Source: an uncultured Chloroflexia bacterium
Lineage (GTDB): Bacteria; Chloroflexota; Limnocylindria; Limnocylindrales; CSP1-4
Length of the DNA stretch: 64,000 bases
Assembly (NCBI GenBank): GCA_963698595.1
Contig: CAVORL010000006.1
Span: 307,569 to 371,568 of the forward strand
Direction: 5' to 3'
Within the stretch, counting starts at the first letter, position 1. Every line of letters starts with the position of its first letter. Positions 20,419 to 29,383 of this stretch are shown here, piece after piece. The notes under the pieces were generated by a model. That model saw nothing but the letters and a program-made list of their open reading frames with translations. It had not been told where the DNA came from and did not search any database. The position numbers were made by a program, and so were the translations under genes.

Positions 20419-21312
20419 GTGATTCGGTCCACGCACGTTGCGAATGCCCTCGCTGCCGGCCGCCCCATCGCCGCCGACGGCGCGATGGGGAGCGCCCTCA
20501 TCGTCCGCGGGCTGCCGCTCGGGACACCGCCCGAGGCCTGGCTGCTGATGCCCGAGGGTGCCGCCGCGGTGGGCGACGTGCACGCCTCGCACGCGGCAGC
20601 CGGGGCCCGGATCGTGATCACGGCAACCTTCGGGGCGAGCGGCGTGCGCCTGGCGGACGGGCCCGCGGCCGGCCGCACCGGGGACGTGTGCCGAGCCGCC
20701 GTCGCGATCGCCCGCGGGGCGGTGCCCGCGGGCGTCCTCGTCGCCGGCGACCTGGGGCCCACCGGGGCCCTCCTCGCGCCCTACGGCGATCTCGACCCGG
20801 CCGCTGCCCGAGCCGCGTACGCGGAGCAGGCCGCAGCCCTCGCCGCAGCGGGCGTCGACCTCCTGTGGGTGGAGACGATGGCCGACCTCGCCGAGGCCCG
20901 CGCGGCGGTCGAGGGCGCGCGCGAGGCGGCGCCCGACGTTCCCGTCGTGGCGACGCTCACCTTCGAGCGCGGCCGGACGCTGTTCGGGGACCGCCCGGAG
21001 GACGTCGCGACGGCGCTGGCGGGGCTGGGCGTGGCCGCCCTCGGCGCCAACTGCGGCGCCGGCTTCGAGGCCGTCCTCGAGGTCCTGCCGGGCCTCCGGG
21101 CGGGCGCTCCGGGCCTGTCGCTCATCGCGAAGGCGAACGCCGGCCGGCCGATCGTGACGGCGGATGGAGGCGTGGTGTACCCGGCGACGCCGGCCGATGC
21201 GGCTGCCTACGCCCGGCGGGCCGTGGAGCTGGGCGCGTCGATCGTCGGCGGCTGCTGCGGGACGACCGACGCCCACGTGGCTGCCATCGCGGAGGCCCTC
21301 GGGGCGGGTTGA
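20419..21312 (+). CDS. homocysteine S-methyltransferase family protein
   Basis: Hcy-binding domain with the zinc-binding Cys pattern ending GANCGAG...IVGGCCGTTDAHV. Confidence 0.8.
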   Translation: MIRSTHVANALAAGRPIAADGAMGSALIVRGLPLGTPPEAWLLMPEGAAAVGDVHASHAAAGARIVITATFGASGVRLADGPAAGRTGDVCRAAVAIARGAVPAGVLVAGDLGPTGALLAPYGDLDPAAARAAYAEQAAALAAAGVDLLWVETMADLAEARAAVEGAREAAPDVPVVATLTFERGRTLFGDRPEDVATALAGLGVAALGANCGAGFEAVLEVLPGLRAGAPGLSLIAKANAGRPIVTADGGVVYPATPADAAAYARRAVELGASIVGGCCGTTDAHVAAIAEALGAG

Positions 21313-21376
21313 CGCAGGGCCCGGTCTCGGTCGGCCGGGGCCGCGCTCCCACGGCCGCCGCGACAGCGATGCTCCC

Positions 21377-21937
21377 TCAGGGTACCGGGCAGGCGTTGCC
21401 CCGGGCGCGCATGCGAAGCCGCCAGACGAGGGCGGCCGCAAGGAGTGCCAGCGAAGCCATCCCCACCATTGGCTGAAGCGGCGCCCAGGTCGACAGCGCG
21501 CCGCTCGTGCCGAGCAGGACGAGCACGATCTTGTTGCAGACCGGGCAGCCGATCGCGAGGAACGCGGCAAGCCCGCCCGCGTAGCCCAGGGCGGACGTCG
21601 GGCGCGCACGCTCGGTGGCGCCCGGGGTGAGGGCCGGCGCGCCGGCATCCGCGCGGAGGTCGAGGGTCACGGGGCGCGGAGGGACGAGGTACGTCCCGGC
21701 CAGGAGGCCCATGAGGGGCGCGGATGCGAGCCAGATGCCGATCGCGAAGGGCTCCGGGGCGATCTCGCGCCCGAAGACAGGGTTCGGGATGATGGCACTG
21801 ACGAGGCCGAAGGCGATGAGGCCGACGAGCGCGGCGCCCGACGACCAGGCGAGATACCGCGCGTCGGCGAGCGCGACAAGGCACGCCCGGGGTGTCAACC
21901 TGCGGCCTCGACCGCGGAGATGACGCGCTCGAGGCAC
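21377..21937 (-). CDS. hypothetical integral membrane protein with a CPVC (CxxC) motif at a TM boundary
   Basis: 4 predicted TM segments, AIGCPVCNKIVLVLLG. The annotated GTG start lies inside the tandem repeat and the Arg-rich first 25 aa are doubtful. It is co-oriented with, and immediately downstream of, the DUF302 gene. Confidence 0.5.
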   Translation of the reverse strand: MPRARHLRGRGRRLTPRACLVALADARYLAWSSGAALVGLIAFGLVSAIIPNPVFGREIAPEPFAIGIWLASAPLMGLLAGTYLVPPRPVTLDLRADAGAPALTPGATERARPTSALGYAGGLAAFLAIGCPVCNKIVLVLLGTSGALSTWAPLQPMVGMASLALLAAALVWRLRMRARGNACPVP

Positions 21938-21986
21938 GCTCGGGGTGTCAACCTGCAGCCTCGACCGCGGAGATGACGCGCTCGAG
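21881..21986. repeat. Tandem direct duplication, 2 x 53 bp with 2 mismatches, covering the last 12 codons and stop of the DUF302 gene
   Basis: The unit gcacgcYcggggtgtcaacctgcRgcctcgaccgcggagatgacgcgctcgag occurs twice head-to-tail. Each copy encodes LERVISAVEAAG-stop on the minus strand and contains TTGACA in reverse complement. Confidence 0.8.
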
Positions 21987-22355
21987 GCGCCCGCGGGCCT
22001 CGGAGCCGACCTCGCGGATCGCTGGATCGCCGACGATGGTCATGGCCGTGGCCGGGTCCATTGCCTCGACGATGGTGGCGTCGCCATCCGCGCGGATCAC
22101 CACGTTGCAGGGCAGCAGCGCACCCACCGACGGGTCCACCTCGAGCGCGCGGTGGGCGAGGGGAGGGTTGCAGGCGCCGAGGATCAGGTACGGGGGCATC
22201 TCGACTCCGAGCCGAGCCCTCATCGTGGCGGCCACGTCGATCTCGGTCAGAACGCCGAACCCCTCGACGCGCAGCGCTGCCTCGACCGCCGGCCGGACCT
22301 CCGCCGGCGTGCCGGCGACCCTCGTGCCGAACGTGTACGGTGTCTTGACCTTCAC
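21948..22355 (-). CDS. DUF302 domain protein
   Basis: VKVKTPYTFGTRVAGTPAEV...GFGVLTEIDVAATM... The GTG start has GGAGG 6 nt upstream. Only the 3'-terminal 135 codons of the 418-aa ORF are real. Confidence 0.75.
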   Translation of the reverse strand: MKVKTPYTFGTRVAGTPAEVRPAVEAALRVEGFGVLTEIDVAATMRARLGVEMPPYLILGACNPPLAHRALEVDPSVGALLPCNVVIRADGDATIVEAMDPATAMTIVGDPAIREVGSEARGRLERVISAVEAAG

Positions 22356-22498
22356 TGATGCCTCCGATTCTGCCGGCACGGACGGCCAGGAGCGGGACGT
22401 CCCCGTCTCGTCACGGTGTACCCGAGCATACGTTAGGTTGCGTGGTTGCGCAATAACGCAACCGCCTGCACTCGCGCCACGCGCAGAGCCGCGGTCGG

Positions 22499-23161
22499 CT
22501 ACTCGGGCGGGGCCTCGAGGCGGTAGCCGACCCCGCGCACGGACGTCGGGAGCGGTGCCCCGGCCTTGTCGAGCTTCGCACGGAGGCGGGCCAGGTGCGG
22601 CTTGAGCCACTGGGGGTCGGGGTCCGGGTCGTTGGGCCAACCCGCGGCGAGGAGGCGATCGTGAGGGACCACCCGGCCCTTGGCGGCGGCGAGCGCCGCC
22701 AGGAGCGCGAACTCCGTGCGCGTCAGCGCCAGCGCCGTGCCGTCGGCGATCGCCTCGTGGCGGCCCGTGTCGAGCGTCAGCGATCCGATGCGCAGGCCCC
22801 CGGCGGGTGCGTCGCCGCCCTCGACCCGGCGCGTCACGGCCCGGATCCGGGCCAGCAGCTCCTGCCGTCCGAACGGCTTGGTCACGTAGTCGTCCGCCCC
22901 CGCGTCGAAGGCCTCGACCTTGGCGAGCTCGTCGGCCTCGCCGGTAAGGACGATGATCGGCGTCCGGCTCGTCTTCCGGATCTCCCGGCAGACGTCCACG
23001 CCGTCGTGGCCGGGCATGGCGAGGTCGAGGAGGACGAGGTCCGGGGCCTCCTCCTCGAAGCGACGGAGCGCCGTGTCGCCGTCGTAGGCCGTGATCACCT
23101 GATGCCCGGCCGTCCCGACCAGGGCAGTGATGGCGCCGACCATGGCCGGCTCGTCGTCCAC
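22499..23161 (-). CDS. OmpR/PhoB-family response regulator (receiver plus winged-helix)
   Basis: Receiver Asp LLDLAMPGHDG and winged-helix C-terminus VRGVGYRL. The only in-frame start after the upstream TGA is the GTG giving MDDEP, whereas the usual N-terminal strand ILVVDDE would need an ATC or CTG start. Confidence 0.8.
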   Translation of the reverse strand: MDDEPAMVGAITALVGTAGHQVITAYDGDTALRRFEEEAPDLVLLDLAMPGHDGVDVCREIRKTSRTPIIVLTGEADELAKVEAFDAGADDYVTKPFGRQELLARIRAVTRRVEGGDAPAGGLRIGSLTLDTGRHEAIADGTALALTRTEFALLAALAAAKGRVVPHDRLLAAGWPNDPDPDPQWLKPHLARLRAKLDKAGAPLPTSVRGVGYRLEAPPE

Positions 23162-23200
23162 GACCAGGATTTCGGAGCCCGGCGCTCGCCTGGGGAATCG

Positions 23201-24553
23201 TCATCGCACGCGTTCCTCCACTCCGCTCCCGCCGCGCTCACCCGCCGCCGGCAGGGCGACGACGAAGCGGCTCCCGCCGTACCCGTTGCCCTCGATCCAT
23301 ACGCGGCCGCCCATCGCGTCGACGAGGCGGCGTGCCGCGTACAGCCCGATCCCGGAACCGCGCCCACGCTGGCGAGCCTTGCGCACGAAGGCCTCGAAGA
23401 CCGTCTCCCACTCGTCGATCAGGATTCCCGGGCCGTCATCGGTGACGTAGATCCGGATCTCGCCGACCTGGCGCCATGCCCCGACCGAGACGCCCTGGCC
23501 GCGCGGCGCGTACTTCGCCTCGTTCTCGAGGAGGAGCTCCATGACCTGTCGGAAGCGGGCCTCGTCGCCGAGCCCCACCAGCGGCCCATCGGCGTGCTCC
23601 CAGCGCAGCCGGTGGTTGCGCAGCAGCGGCCGCAGGACATCGATCGTCTCGCCCACGGCCTCGCCGACGTCGAATGGAGTGCGAGCGAGAGCGACGAGGC
23701 CCTCGCCGCGAACCGAGACGAGGATGGAGTCCACGAGGCGATCGAGGCGGGTGATCTGGTCGACCGCCGCGTTGCGCCAGTCCTCCGCGCTTGCGCGGGC
23801 CGGCGCCTCGTCGCCCCCGCCGGCCGCGTCCGCGAGCAGGTCGATGTAGGCGCGGACCACCGAGAGCGGCGTCCGCAGCTCGTGCGTCACGAGCGAGAGC
23901 AGCTCGGCGCGGGCGCCGTCGAGGTGCTGGAGCTGCTCCAGCTGGCGCTCCTGCTCGCGCTGGAGGTGCCCCTTCTCGACGATCCCGGCGAGGAGCGCGG
24001 CGATCGTCCCGAGGAGCGTGACCTCGCGCTCCGTGAAGCGGCGAGACTCGACCGTCTGAACGTTGAGCACGCCGACGACGAGGTCATTCCAGGTGAGCGG
24101 CATCGAGAGCATCGAGGTGAGCCCGGCGAGGTCGAACCCACGCAGGTACTTGAAGCGCGGGTCGAGGCGCACGTCGGGCACCTCGATGGCCTGGCGGCTG
24201 GCCGCTGCCGCCCCAGTGACGCCTTCGCCGAGCGCGAGGCTCAGCCGGCCCACGTGGTCCGGATCGAGCCCGTTCGTGGCGGCGAGCGTGAGCCGGTTCG
24301 TCGAATGGTCGAGGAGGTAGAAGCTGCACACCTCGACGTGGAGGGCCTCCCGGGTCCGATCGACGACCGTCTGGAGCAGCTCGTCCCAGTTCCGTGCCTG
24401 GGTGGCGAGCTGGGCGAACTCGTGGAGGAAGGCGAGCTCACGTAGCGTTCGCCGCGTGTCGGTGTCGGGCGTCACGTCGCCCGCCTCGGCGCCGCGCCGC
24501 GCGGCGTGCGCCGCGACGCTGGCGGGGTGCGGCAGGGGTCGGGGCTCGGGCAT
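23201..24553 (-). CDS. GAF-domain sensor histidine kinase
   Basis: GAF domain, HisKA H-box LVTHELRTPL, HATPase N/G boxes (LLENEAKYA, DDGPGI, GSGIGL). The start is the internal ATG at codon 84 and the upstream part is Ser/Arg-rich. Confidence 0.85.
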   Translation of the reverse strand: MPEPRPLPHPASVAAHAARRGAEAGDVTPDTDTRRTLRELAFLHEFAQLATQARNWDELLQTVVDRTREALHVEVCSFYLLDHSTNRLTLAATNGLDPDHVGRLSLALGEGVTGAAAASRQAIEVPDVRLDPRFKYLRGFDLAGLTSMLSMPLTWNDLVVGVLNVQTVESRRFTEREVTLLGTIAALLAGIVEKGHLQREQERQLEQLQHLDGARAELLSLVTHELRTPLSVVRAYIDLLADAAGGGDEAPARASAEDWRNAAVDQITRLDRLVDSILVSVRGEGLVALARTPFDVGEAVGETIDVLRPLLRNHRLRWEHADGPLVGLGDEARFRQVMELLLENEAKYAPRGQGVSVGAWRQVGEIRIYVTDDGPGILIDEWETVFEAFVRKARQRGRGSGIGLYAARRLVDAMGGRVWIEGNGYGGSRFVVALPAAGERGGSGVEERVR

Positions 24554-24623
24554 CGTCCCGGATTGTCGCGCGAACGGCGTTCGGGCGCGTGCGCCGCCGT
24601 CGGAGCCCGCGGCCGCCGTGCCG

Positions 24624-25199
24624 TCACCGGCCCGCGAGGTCGTTCCCCCGGAGCCCGGGGGCCGCCTGCTCCACGAGCGGGCCGAAGTGGGTCGCCCAGC
24701 GCTCGAGGGCTGGTTCGTCGGCGAACAGGACGAGGACCGTGTCGTTGCCGGCCAGGGTTCCGACCTGCCCGTGGAGGGGCGACTCGCCGATCGCCTGGGC
24801 AATGGCCGGCGCCGCGCCCGGGCTGCTCACGAGGACGAGGCTGAGGCCGCTGCGGGAGATCGTGACCGGGTAGTCGGCGAGGATCCGGCGCAGCCGAGCC
24901 TCGCCCGCCTTGGCGAGCGGGGGCGGCGGCTGGCTCGCCATGTGCGCGTCGCGCGAGCGCCCTGGGTCTCCGGCTCCGGCGAGCGCCTCGGGCGTGACGT
25001 AGGCGTGGTGATCCCCGCGTCCGGCCTTGACGAGCCCGAGGTCGGCGATGTCGCGGCTCACCGTCGCCTGGGTGACGGCGAAGCCACGCTCGCGGAGCAG
25101 GCCGGCGAGCTCCTCCTGGCTCCTGACGGCTCGCGCCGCCACGAGGTCGAGGATCGCCCTCCGGCGGGCGGCGCGACCGGCCCTCGCCTCGCCGGCCAC
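24624..25199 (-). CDS. argR: arginine repressor
   Basis: N-terminal winged helix (RRAILDLVAARAVRSQEELAGLLRERGFAVTQATVSRDI) and a C-terminal oligomerisation/arginine-binding domain. GTG start 8 nt after the argB stop. Confidence 0.85.
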   Translation of the reverse strand: MAGEARAGRAARRRAILDLVAARAVRSQEELAGLLRERGFAVTQATVSRDIADLGLVKAGRGDHHAYVTPEALAGAGDPGRSRDAHMASQPPPPLAKAGEARLRRILADYPVTISRSGLSLVLVSSPGAAPAIAQAIGESPLHGQVGTLAGNDTVLVLFADEPALERWATHFGPLVEQAAPGLRGNDLAGR

Positions 25200-25207
25200 T
25201 GCGATGC

Positions 25208-25996
25208 TCAGGCGGCCCCGACGGCGGCGTCGCCGTCGGCCGTGATGCGGGTGCCGAACGAAGGGTCGGTGAGGGCCCGGGCCAGCGCACGGGGGGCAGC
25301 CGACTCGCAGATGATCGCCTCGGCGCCGGGCGCGGAGATGCCAGCCAGGGCGGCCCGGACCTTGGGGACCATCCCACCCGCGATCGTCCCGTGGGCGATC
25401 AGCGCCTCCGCCGCTGCGGTCGTGAGCGTTCCGATCTTCGCCCCGTCGGCGTCGCGGATCCCGTCGACGTCGGTCATCAGGACCAGCTGGCTCGCCGCCA
25501 GGCCGGCAGCCACGCCGGCAGCCGCATCGTCGGCGTTGACGTTGCAGACGACCCCGCCCTCGTCGCGGGCCAGCGGGGCGACCACCGCCACCCGGCCCGT
25601 CGTGAGGAGCGCGTCGAACAGGCCGCGCCGGATGCCGACCACGTGGGCGACGAGCCCCAGCCCCGGGACGCGCTCGGCGACGAGGAGACCGCCGTCCACG
25701 CCGGACAGGCCTACGGCGTCGACGCCCTGGTCGCGCAGGGCCGCCACGAGCTCGCTGTTGACGACGCCGCGGAGGACAGCGGCCGCGACCTCGATGGTCG
25801 CCGCGTCGGTGACGCGAAGCCCGCCCTCGAAGCGCGTCGGGACGCCGAGCCGGGTGAGCCACTCGGTCATCCGCTTCCCGCCGCCGTGCACGACGACAAC
25901 GGGGCGTCGCCGCGCTACGGCTGCCACCTCGGCCAGCACCTGCCGCTGCTCGGCGAGGGTCGTGCCGCCGAGCTTGAGGACAAGCACCTCGCTCAC
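25208..25996 (-). CDS. argB: acetylglutamate kinase
   Basis: AAK family LVLKLGG...VVHGGG... Confidence 0.9.
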   Translation of the reverse strand: MSEVLVLKLGGTTLAEQRQVLAEVAAVARRRPVVVVHGGGKRMTEWLTRLGVPTRFEGGLRVTDAATIEVAAAVLRGVVNSELVAALRDQGVDAVGLSGVDGGLLVAERVPGLGLVAHVVGIRRGLFDALLTTGRVAVVAPLARDEGGVVCNVNADDAAAGVAAGLAASQLVLMTDVDGIRDADGAKIGTLTTAAAEALIAHGTIAGGMVPKVRAALAGISAPGAEAIICESAAPRALARALTDPSFGTRITADGDAAVGAA

Positions 25997-27414
25997 GTCG
26001 TGTACTCCGAGTTCCCGATCACGTACTGCTCGGTCAGGTCACACCCGAACGCCTCGCCCGTCCCGCCACCGAGCCCCAGGTCGATCCGGACCAGGACCTC
26101 GGTGGCGTCCATCGCCGCCCGCGCTGCGCCGCGGTCGAAGGAGACAGGCCCGCCGGACGGCCCGTCGTAGACCAGGTGGCCGGCGATGGCGATCCGCATC
26201 GTGCCCGGCTCCACGAAGGCCGGGGCGCCGGCACGGGAACGGGCCTCGGCGTGGTCGAGGCCGGCCATCTCGAGGAGGCGGACCTCGCCCAGGCGGGCGT
26301 TTCCCGCGGCGCCGGCGATGCGGCCCCAGTTCGGATCGCGGCCGTGGATGGCGGCTTTCAGGAGGCTGCTCGAGATCACCGAGCGCGCCACCGCCCGGGC
26401 GTCGACGTCGTCCCGCGCGCCGGAGACCTGGCAGGTCACGAGGGTCGTGGCGCCCTCGCCGTCGGCGGCCTGCTGGCGGGCGAGCGAGCGGGCGACCGCC
26501 TCGATCGCGGCGCCGAGCGCGGCGGCCTCGGGGGTCGCCGGGACGACGGGGGCTGCCGCAGATGCGCCGGACGCCAGCAGGAACACCGTGTCGTTGGTGC
26601 TGGTGTCGCCGTCCACGGAGAGCTGGTTCCAGGTCCGCACGGTCGCCGCCCGCAGGTGCTCGTAGAGGGCGGCGGGCGCCACCGCTGCGTCGGTGAGGAC
26701 GACGGCCAGCATGGTGGCCATCCGCGGGTGGATCATCCCGACCCCCTTCGCGATCCCGGAGACGGTCACCCGGACCGGGGATCCGCCGGGGGACGGAAGC
26801 GTCACGCTGGCGGTTGCGACCTTGGCCACGGAGTCCGTCGTGCGCAGGGCTTCCGCGGCAGCCTCGAGGCCAGAATCCGTCGCCGTGAGACCGCCGGCGG
26901 CGAGGGTGGCGATGCCGGTGGCGACCTTCTCGACCGGGAGGCGGGTCCCGATCAGGCCCGTGGACAGGCTCAGCACGCCGAACTGATCCACGCCGAGGCG
27001 GGCGGCGACCGTCTCCGCGATGGCGACCTGGTCGGCGAGCCCGGCGAGGCCGGTCGCGGCGTTGGCAGAGCCGCTCGTCGCGACGATGGCCTGGGCGCGT
27101 CCGAAGTGATCGGCGGCGCTGCTCCGGCTCTCGGGACGGGTGATCGCAAGGTTTGCCCGGGACGCCTGCACCGGGGCCGCGACCACCTGGTTCGTCGTGA
27201 AGACGGCCGCGGCCGACGCCGGTCCGGCCGTCGTCCGCAGCAGGGCGAGGTCCGGCCGTCCGCTCGCCTTGATGCCGCAGGTCGTCGCCCCGGCCGTGAA
27301 CCCGACCGGCATGACCGCCCGTTGCTCGACGGCCGGGAGCGAGGCCGGGAGGGGGGACAGGAGGTCGTGCATGGCCTCGGGCTGCCCGGCGGCCGCCGCC
27401 GGCTTGGTCGTCAT
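25993..27414 (-). CDS. argJ: bifunctional glutamate N-acetyltransferase / amino-acid acetyltransferase
   Basis: ATML self-cleavage motif (HPRMATMLAV) and VMPVGFTAGATTCGIK N-terminus. Start is the ATG 9 nt after the argC stop, though a later internal start is possible. Confidence 0.85.
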   Translation of the reverse strand: MTTKPAAAAGQPEAMHDLLSPLPASLPAVEQRAVMPVGFTAGATTCGIKASGRPDLALLRTTAGPASAAAVFTTNQVVAAPVQASRANLAITRPESRSSAADHFGRAQAIVATSGSANAATGLAGLADQVAIAETVAARLGVDQFGVLSLSTGLIGTRLPVEKVATGIATLAAGGLTATDSGLEAAAEALRTTDSVAKVATASVTLPSPGGSPVRVTVSGIAKGVGMIHPRMATMLAVVLTDAAVAPAALYEHLRAATVRTWNQLSVDGDTSTNDTVFLLASGASAAAPVVPATPEAAALGAAIEAVARSLARQQAADGEGATTLVTCQVSGARDDVDARAVARSVISSSLLKAAIHGRDPNWGRIAGAAGNARLGEVRLLEMAGLDHAEARSRAGAPAFVEPGTMRIAIAGHLVYDGPSGGPVSFDRGAARAAMDATEVLVRIDLGLGGGTGEAFGCDLTEQYVIGNSEYTT

Positions 27415-27425
27415 CGTCGGGTCAC

Positions 27426-28523
27426 CTATGGTGCGAGGGGGAGCTGCTCGAGGCCGGTCGCCTCGGGCAGGCCGTGGACGGCGTTGAAGGCCTGGATCGC
27501 CTGGCCGGCGGCGCCCTTGACGAGGTTGTCGATGACGCCGATCGCGATGAGCCTGCCCGTCCTCTCGTCGGCGCGGACATGGATCCTGCAGCTGTTGCTG
27601 CCAAGGACGTGCTTCGTCGCCGGCGGCTGCGTGACGAGGTGGACGAACGGCTCGCCGGCATAGGCCGCCTGGTACAGGTCGTCCAGCTCGGGCTGGGAGA
27701 CGGGCCGGGGGGGACGCACGTGGCAGGCCGACAGGATGCCGCGGGTGATCGGGACGAGGTGAGGCAGGAAGTCGATGGTCCGAGTGCCGGGGTTGGCATC
27801 GGGGCCGGCGTCGCCCGCCGACCCCAACGCGCCGAGCTCCTGCTCCAGCTCGGCGACGTGCCGGTGGCCACCCACGCCGTAGGCCTTCACGCTCTCGTTC
27901 ACCTCTCCGAACATGAGATCCTGCTTCGGCTCCCGTCCGGCTCCCGACACCCCGGACATGGCATGGACGACGAGGTCGTCGATCAACCCTGCCCGGGCAA
28001 GCGGCGCGAGCGCCAGGAGCGTCGCGGTCGGGTAGCACCCGGGCACGCCGACGATCGCGGTGGGCGCATCCCGGAGGGCGCGGAGGGCCGCTCGGTAGAG
28101 CTCCGGGAGGCCGTAGACGGACACGTCGAGGAGATCGGGCCGCGGATGCTCGAAGCCGTACCAGCGCGGGTAGTCCGTCGCGTCGCGCAGCCGGAAGTCG
28201 GGACCCAGGTCGATGATGGCCGCGCCCCTGGCCGCGAGCTCCGGCACGATCTCGGCCCCGGCCCCGTGGGGGAGCGCCAGGAAGACTGCGTCGGCGTCGG
28301 GAACGGTGGCGTCGACGTGGAGGCCCGTGCGGTCGAGGTGGATATGCGTCCCCCCGATCGGCTCGTGGCTTCGGCCGCGCCCGACGAGACCCACGATCTC
28401 GACGTTCGGGTGGCGCGTGAGCAGGCGGACGAGCTCCGACCCGACGTAGCCCGTGGCACCCACGATCGCGACCCGGATCTTCGCCGCCGGGTCATCGTCT
28501 CGCGGCCCGCGCGGGAGCGGCAC
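27426..28523 (-). CDS. argC: N-acetyl-gamma-glutamyl-phosphate reductase
   Basis: KIRVAIVGATGYVG NAD-binding motif and catalytic Cys GCYPT. Start placed at the GTG at codon 61 of the 27426..28703 ORF. The 28703 start is inside the AT-rich operator/promoter region and is unlikely. A GTG at 28544 is the alternative. Confidence 0.8.
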   Translation of the reverse strand: MPLPRGPRDDDPAAKIRVAIVGATGYVGSELVRLLTRHPNVEIVGLVGRGRSHEPIGGTHIHLDRTGLHVDATVPDADAVFLALPHGAGAEIVPELAARGAAIIDLGPDFRLRDATDYPRWYGFEHPRPDLLDVSVYGLPELYRAALRALRDAPTAIVGVPGCYPTATLLALAPLARAGLIDDLVVHAMSGVSGAGREPKQDLMFGEVNESVKAYGVGGHRHVAELEQELGALGSAGDAGPDANPGTRTIDFLPHLVPITRGILSACHVRPPRPVSQPELDDLYQAAYAGEPFVHLVTQPPATKHVLGSNSCRIHVRADERTGRLIAIGVIDNLVKGAAGQAIQAFNAVHGLPEATGLEQLPLAP

Positions 28524-28685
28524 CGCCGGGCGCCCGGGCGCCACCTCGACCGACCTCCCCGTTGTCGCGCTCACGGGCGCCGCGTTCCCCCCGCCCACGG
28601 GGCGGGTCGCGCCGGGCCGCTCGCGGGCGGTCGCGCGGATGCGGCTTCGTCGGGTCGGTCGTGGCGCATCGCCGGGATCGTCATG

Positions 28686-28725
28686 TGTTGCATGACTATA
28701 CACAACGTTGCATGGTCATGCAGGT
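28686..28725 (-). promoter_or_regulatory. Putative ArgR operator (ARG-box-like TGCAT half-sites) overlapping a -10-like TATAGT, upstream of argCJBR
   Basis: An AT-richer island tgTTGCATGACtatacacaacgTTGCATGGTCATGCA on the plus strand. On the minus strand it reads TGCATGACCATGCAacgttgtgTATAGTcATGCAA. TGCATG-GT-CATGCA is a near-perfect inverted repeat. Confidence 0.45.
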
Positions 28726-28784
28726 GGACTTGACCGGCCGACCGATGCCCGCCGCGGCCGGCCGGGCAAACGACGGTGAGCCGG

Positions 28785-29273
28785 CTACGCCTTGTCGGGC
28801 GGGAGGCCCTGCCCGGGACCGGTCACCGCGGCCTCGCCCTCGACGGGTGGCGCGCCTTCCGGCGAGATCACGACGTAGCGGTGGTGGAGCTCCGCGACCC
28901 CACTGGCGAGGCCGGCCGACACGGAGCAGTACGTCGTCGCGGAGAGCTCGATCGCGCGGCGCACGGCCTCGACGTCGACCGCGGGCCCCTCGACCTCGTG
29001 GACGATATCCACGCGTTCGAAGGCGTGGGGATGTGCGTCGCGCGGGACACCCTCGACGCGGACGCCGTAGCGGCTGACGTCCTGGCGCTTCTTCCCGAGG
29101 ATGCTGATGACGTCCATCGCCGTGCACCCCCCGAGGGCCGCGGCAAGGACCTCGGTCGGCCGCGGCCCCGTGGCGCCGGCCTGGTCGTCCATCGCGAATT
29201 CGAACCCGGACCCAGTCCGGGCCACGAAGCGTAGCCCGCCCTCGTGGCGGAGGGCGGCGGTCTTGACGGCCAT
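28785..29273 (-). CDS. OsmC/Ohr-family peroxiredoxin-like protein
   Basis: OsmC fold with paired Cys (ALGGCTAMDV ... TTYCSVSAG). Start is the internal ATG at codon 13. Confidence 0.75.
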   Translation of the reverse strand: MAVKTAALRHEGGLRFVARTGSGFEFAMDDQAGATGPRPTEVLAAALGGCTAMDVISILGKKRQDVSRYGVRVEGVPRDAHPHAFERVDIVHEVEGPAVDVEAVRRAIELSATTYCSVSAGLASGVAELHHRYVVISPEGAPPVEGEAAVTGPGQGLPPDKA

Positions 29274-29383
29274 GGGATGCCTGCTCCTGAGCTTGCGTGA
29301 TCGGATCATCTGCTGGGGAACGCGGTCTCATGATACCGCAGCGCTTGCGTGCTTGCGCAAGTCCGTGAATATCCTGCCCGCGA

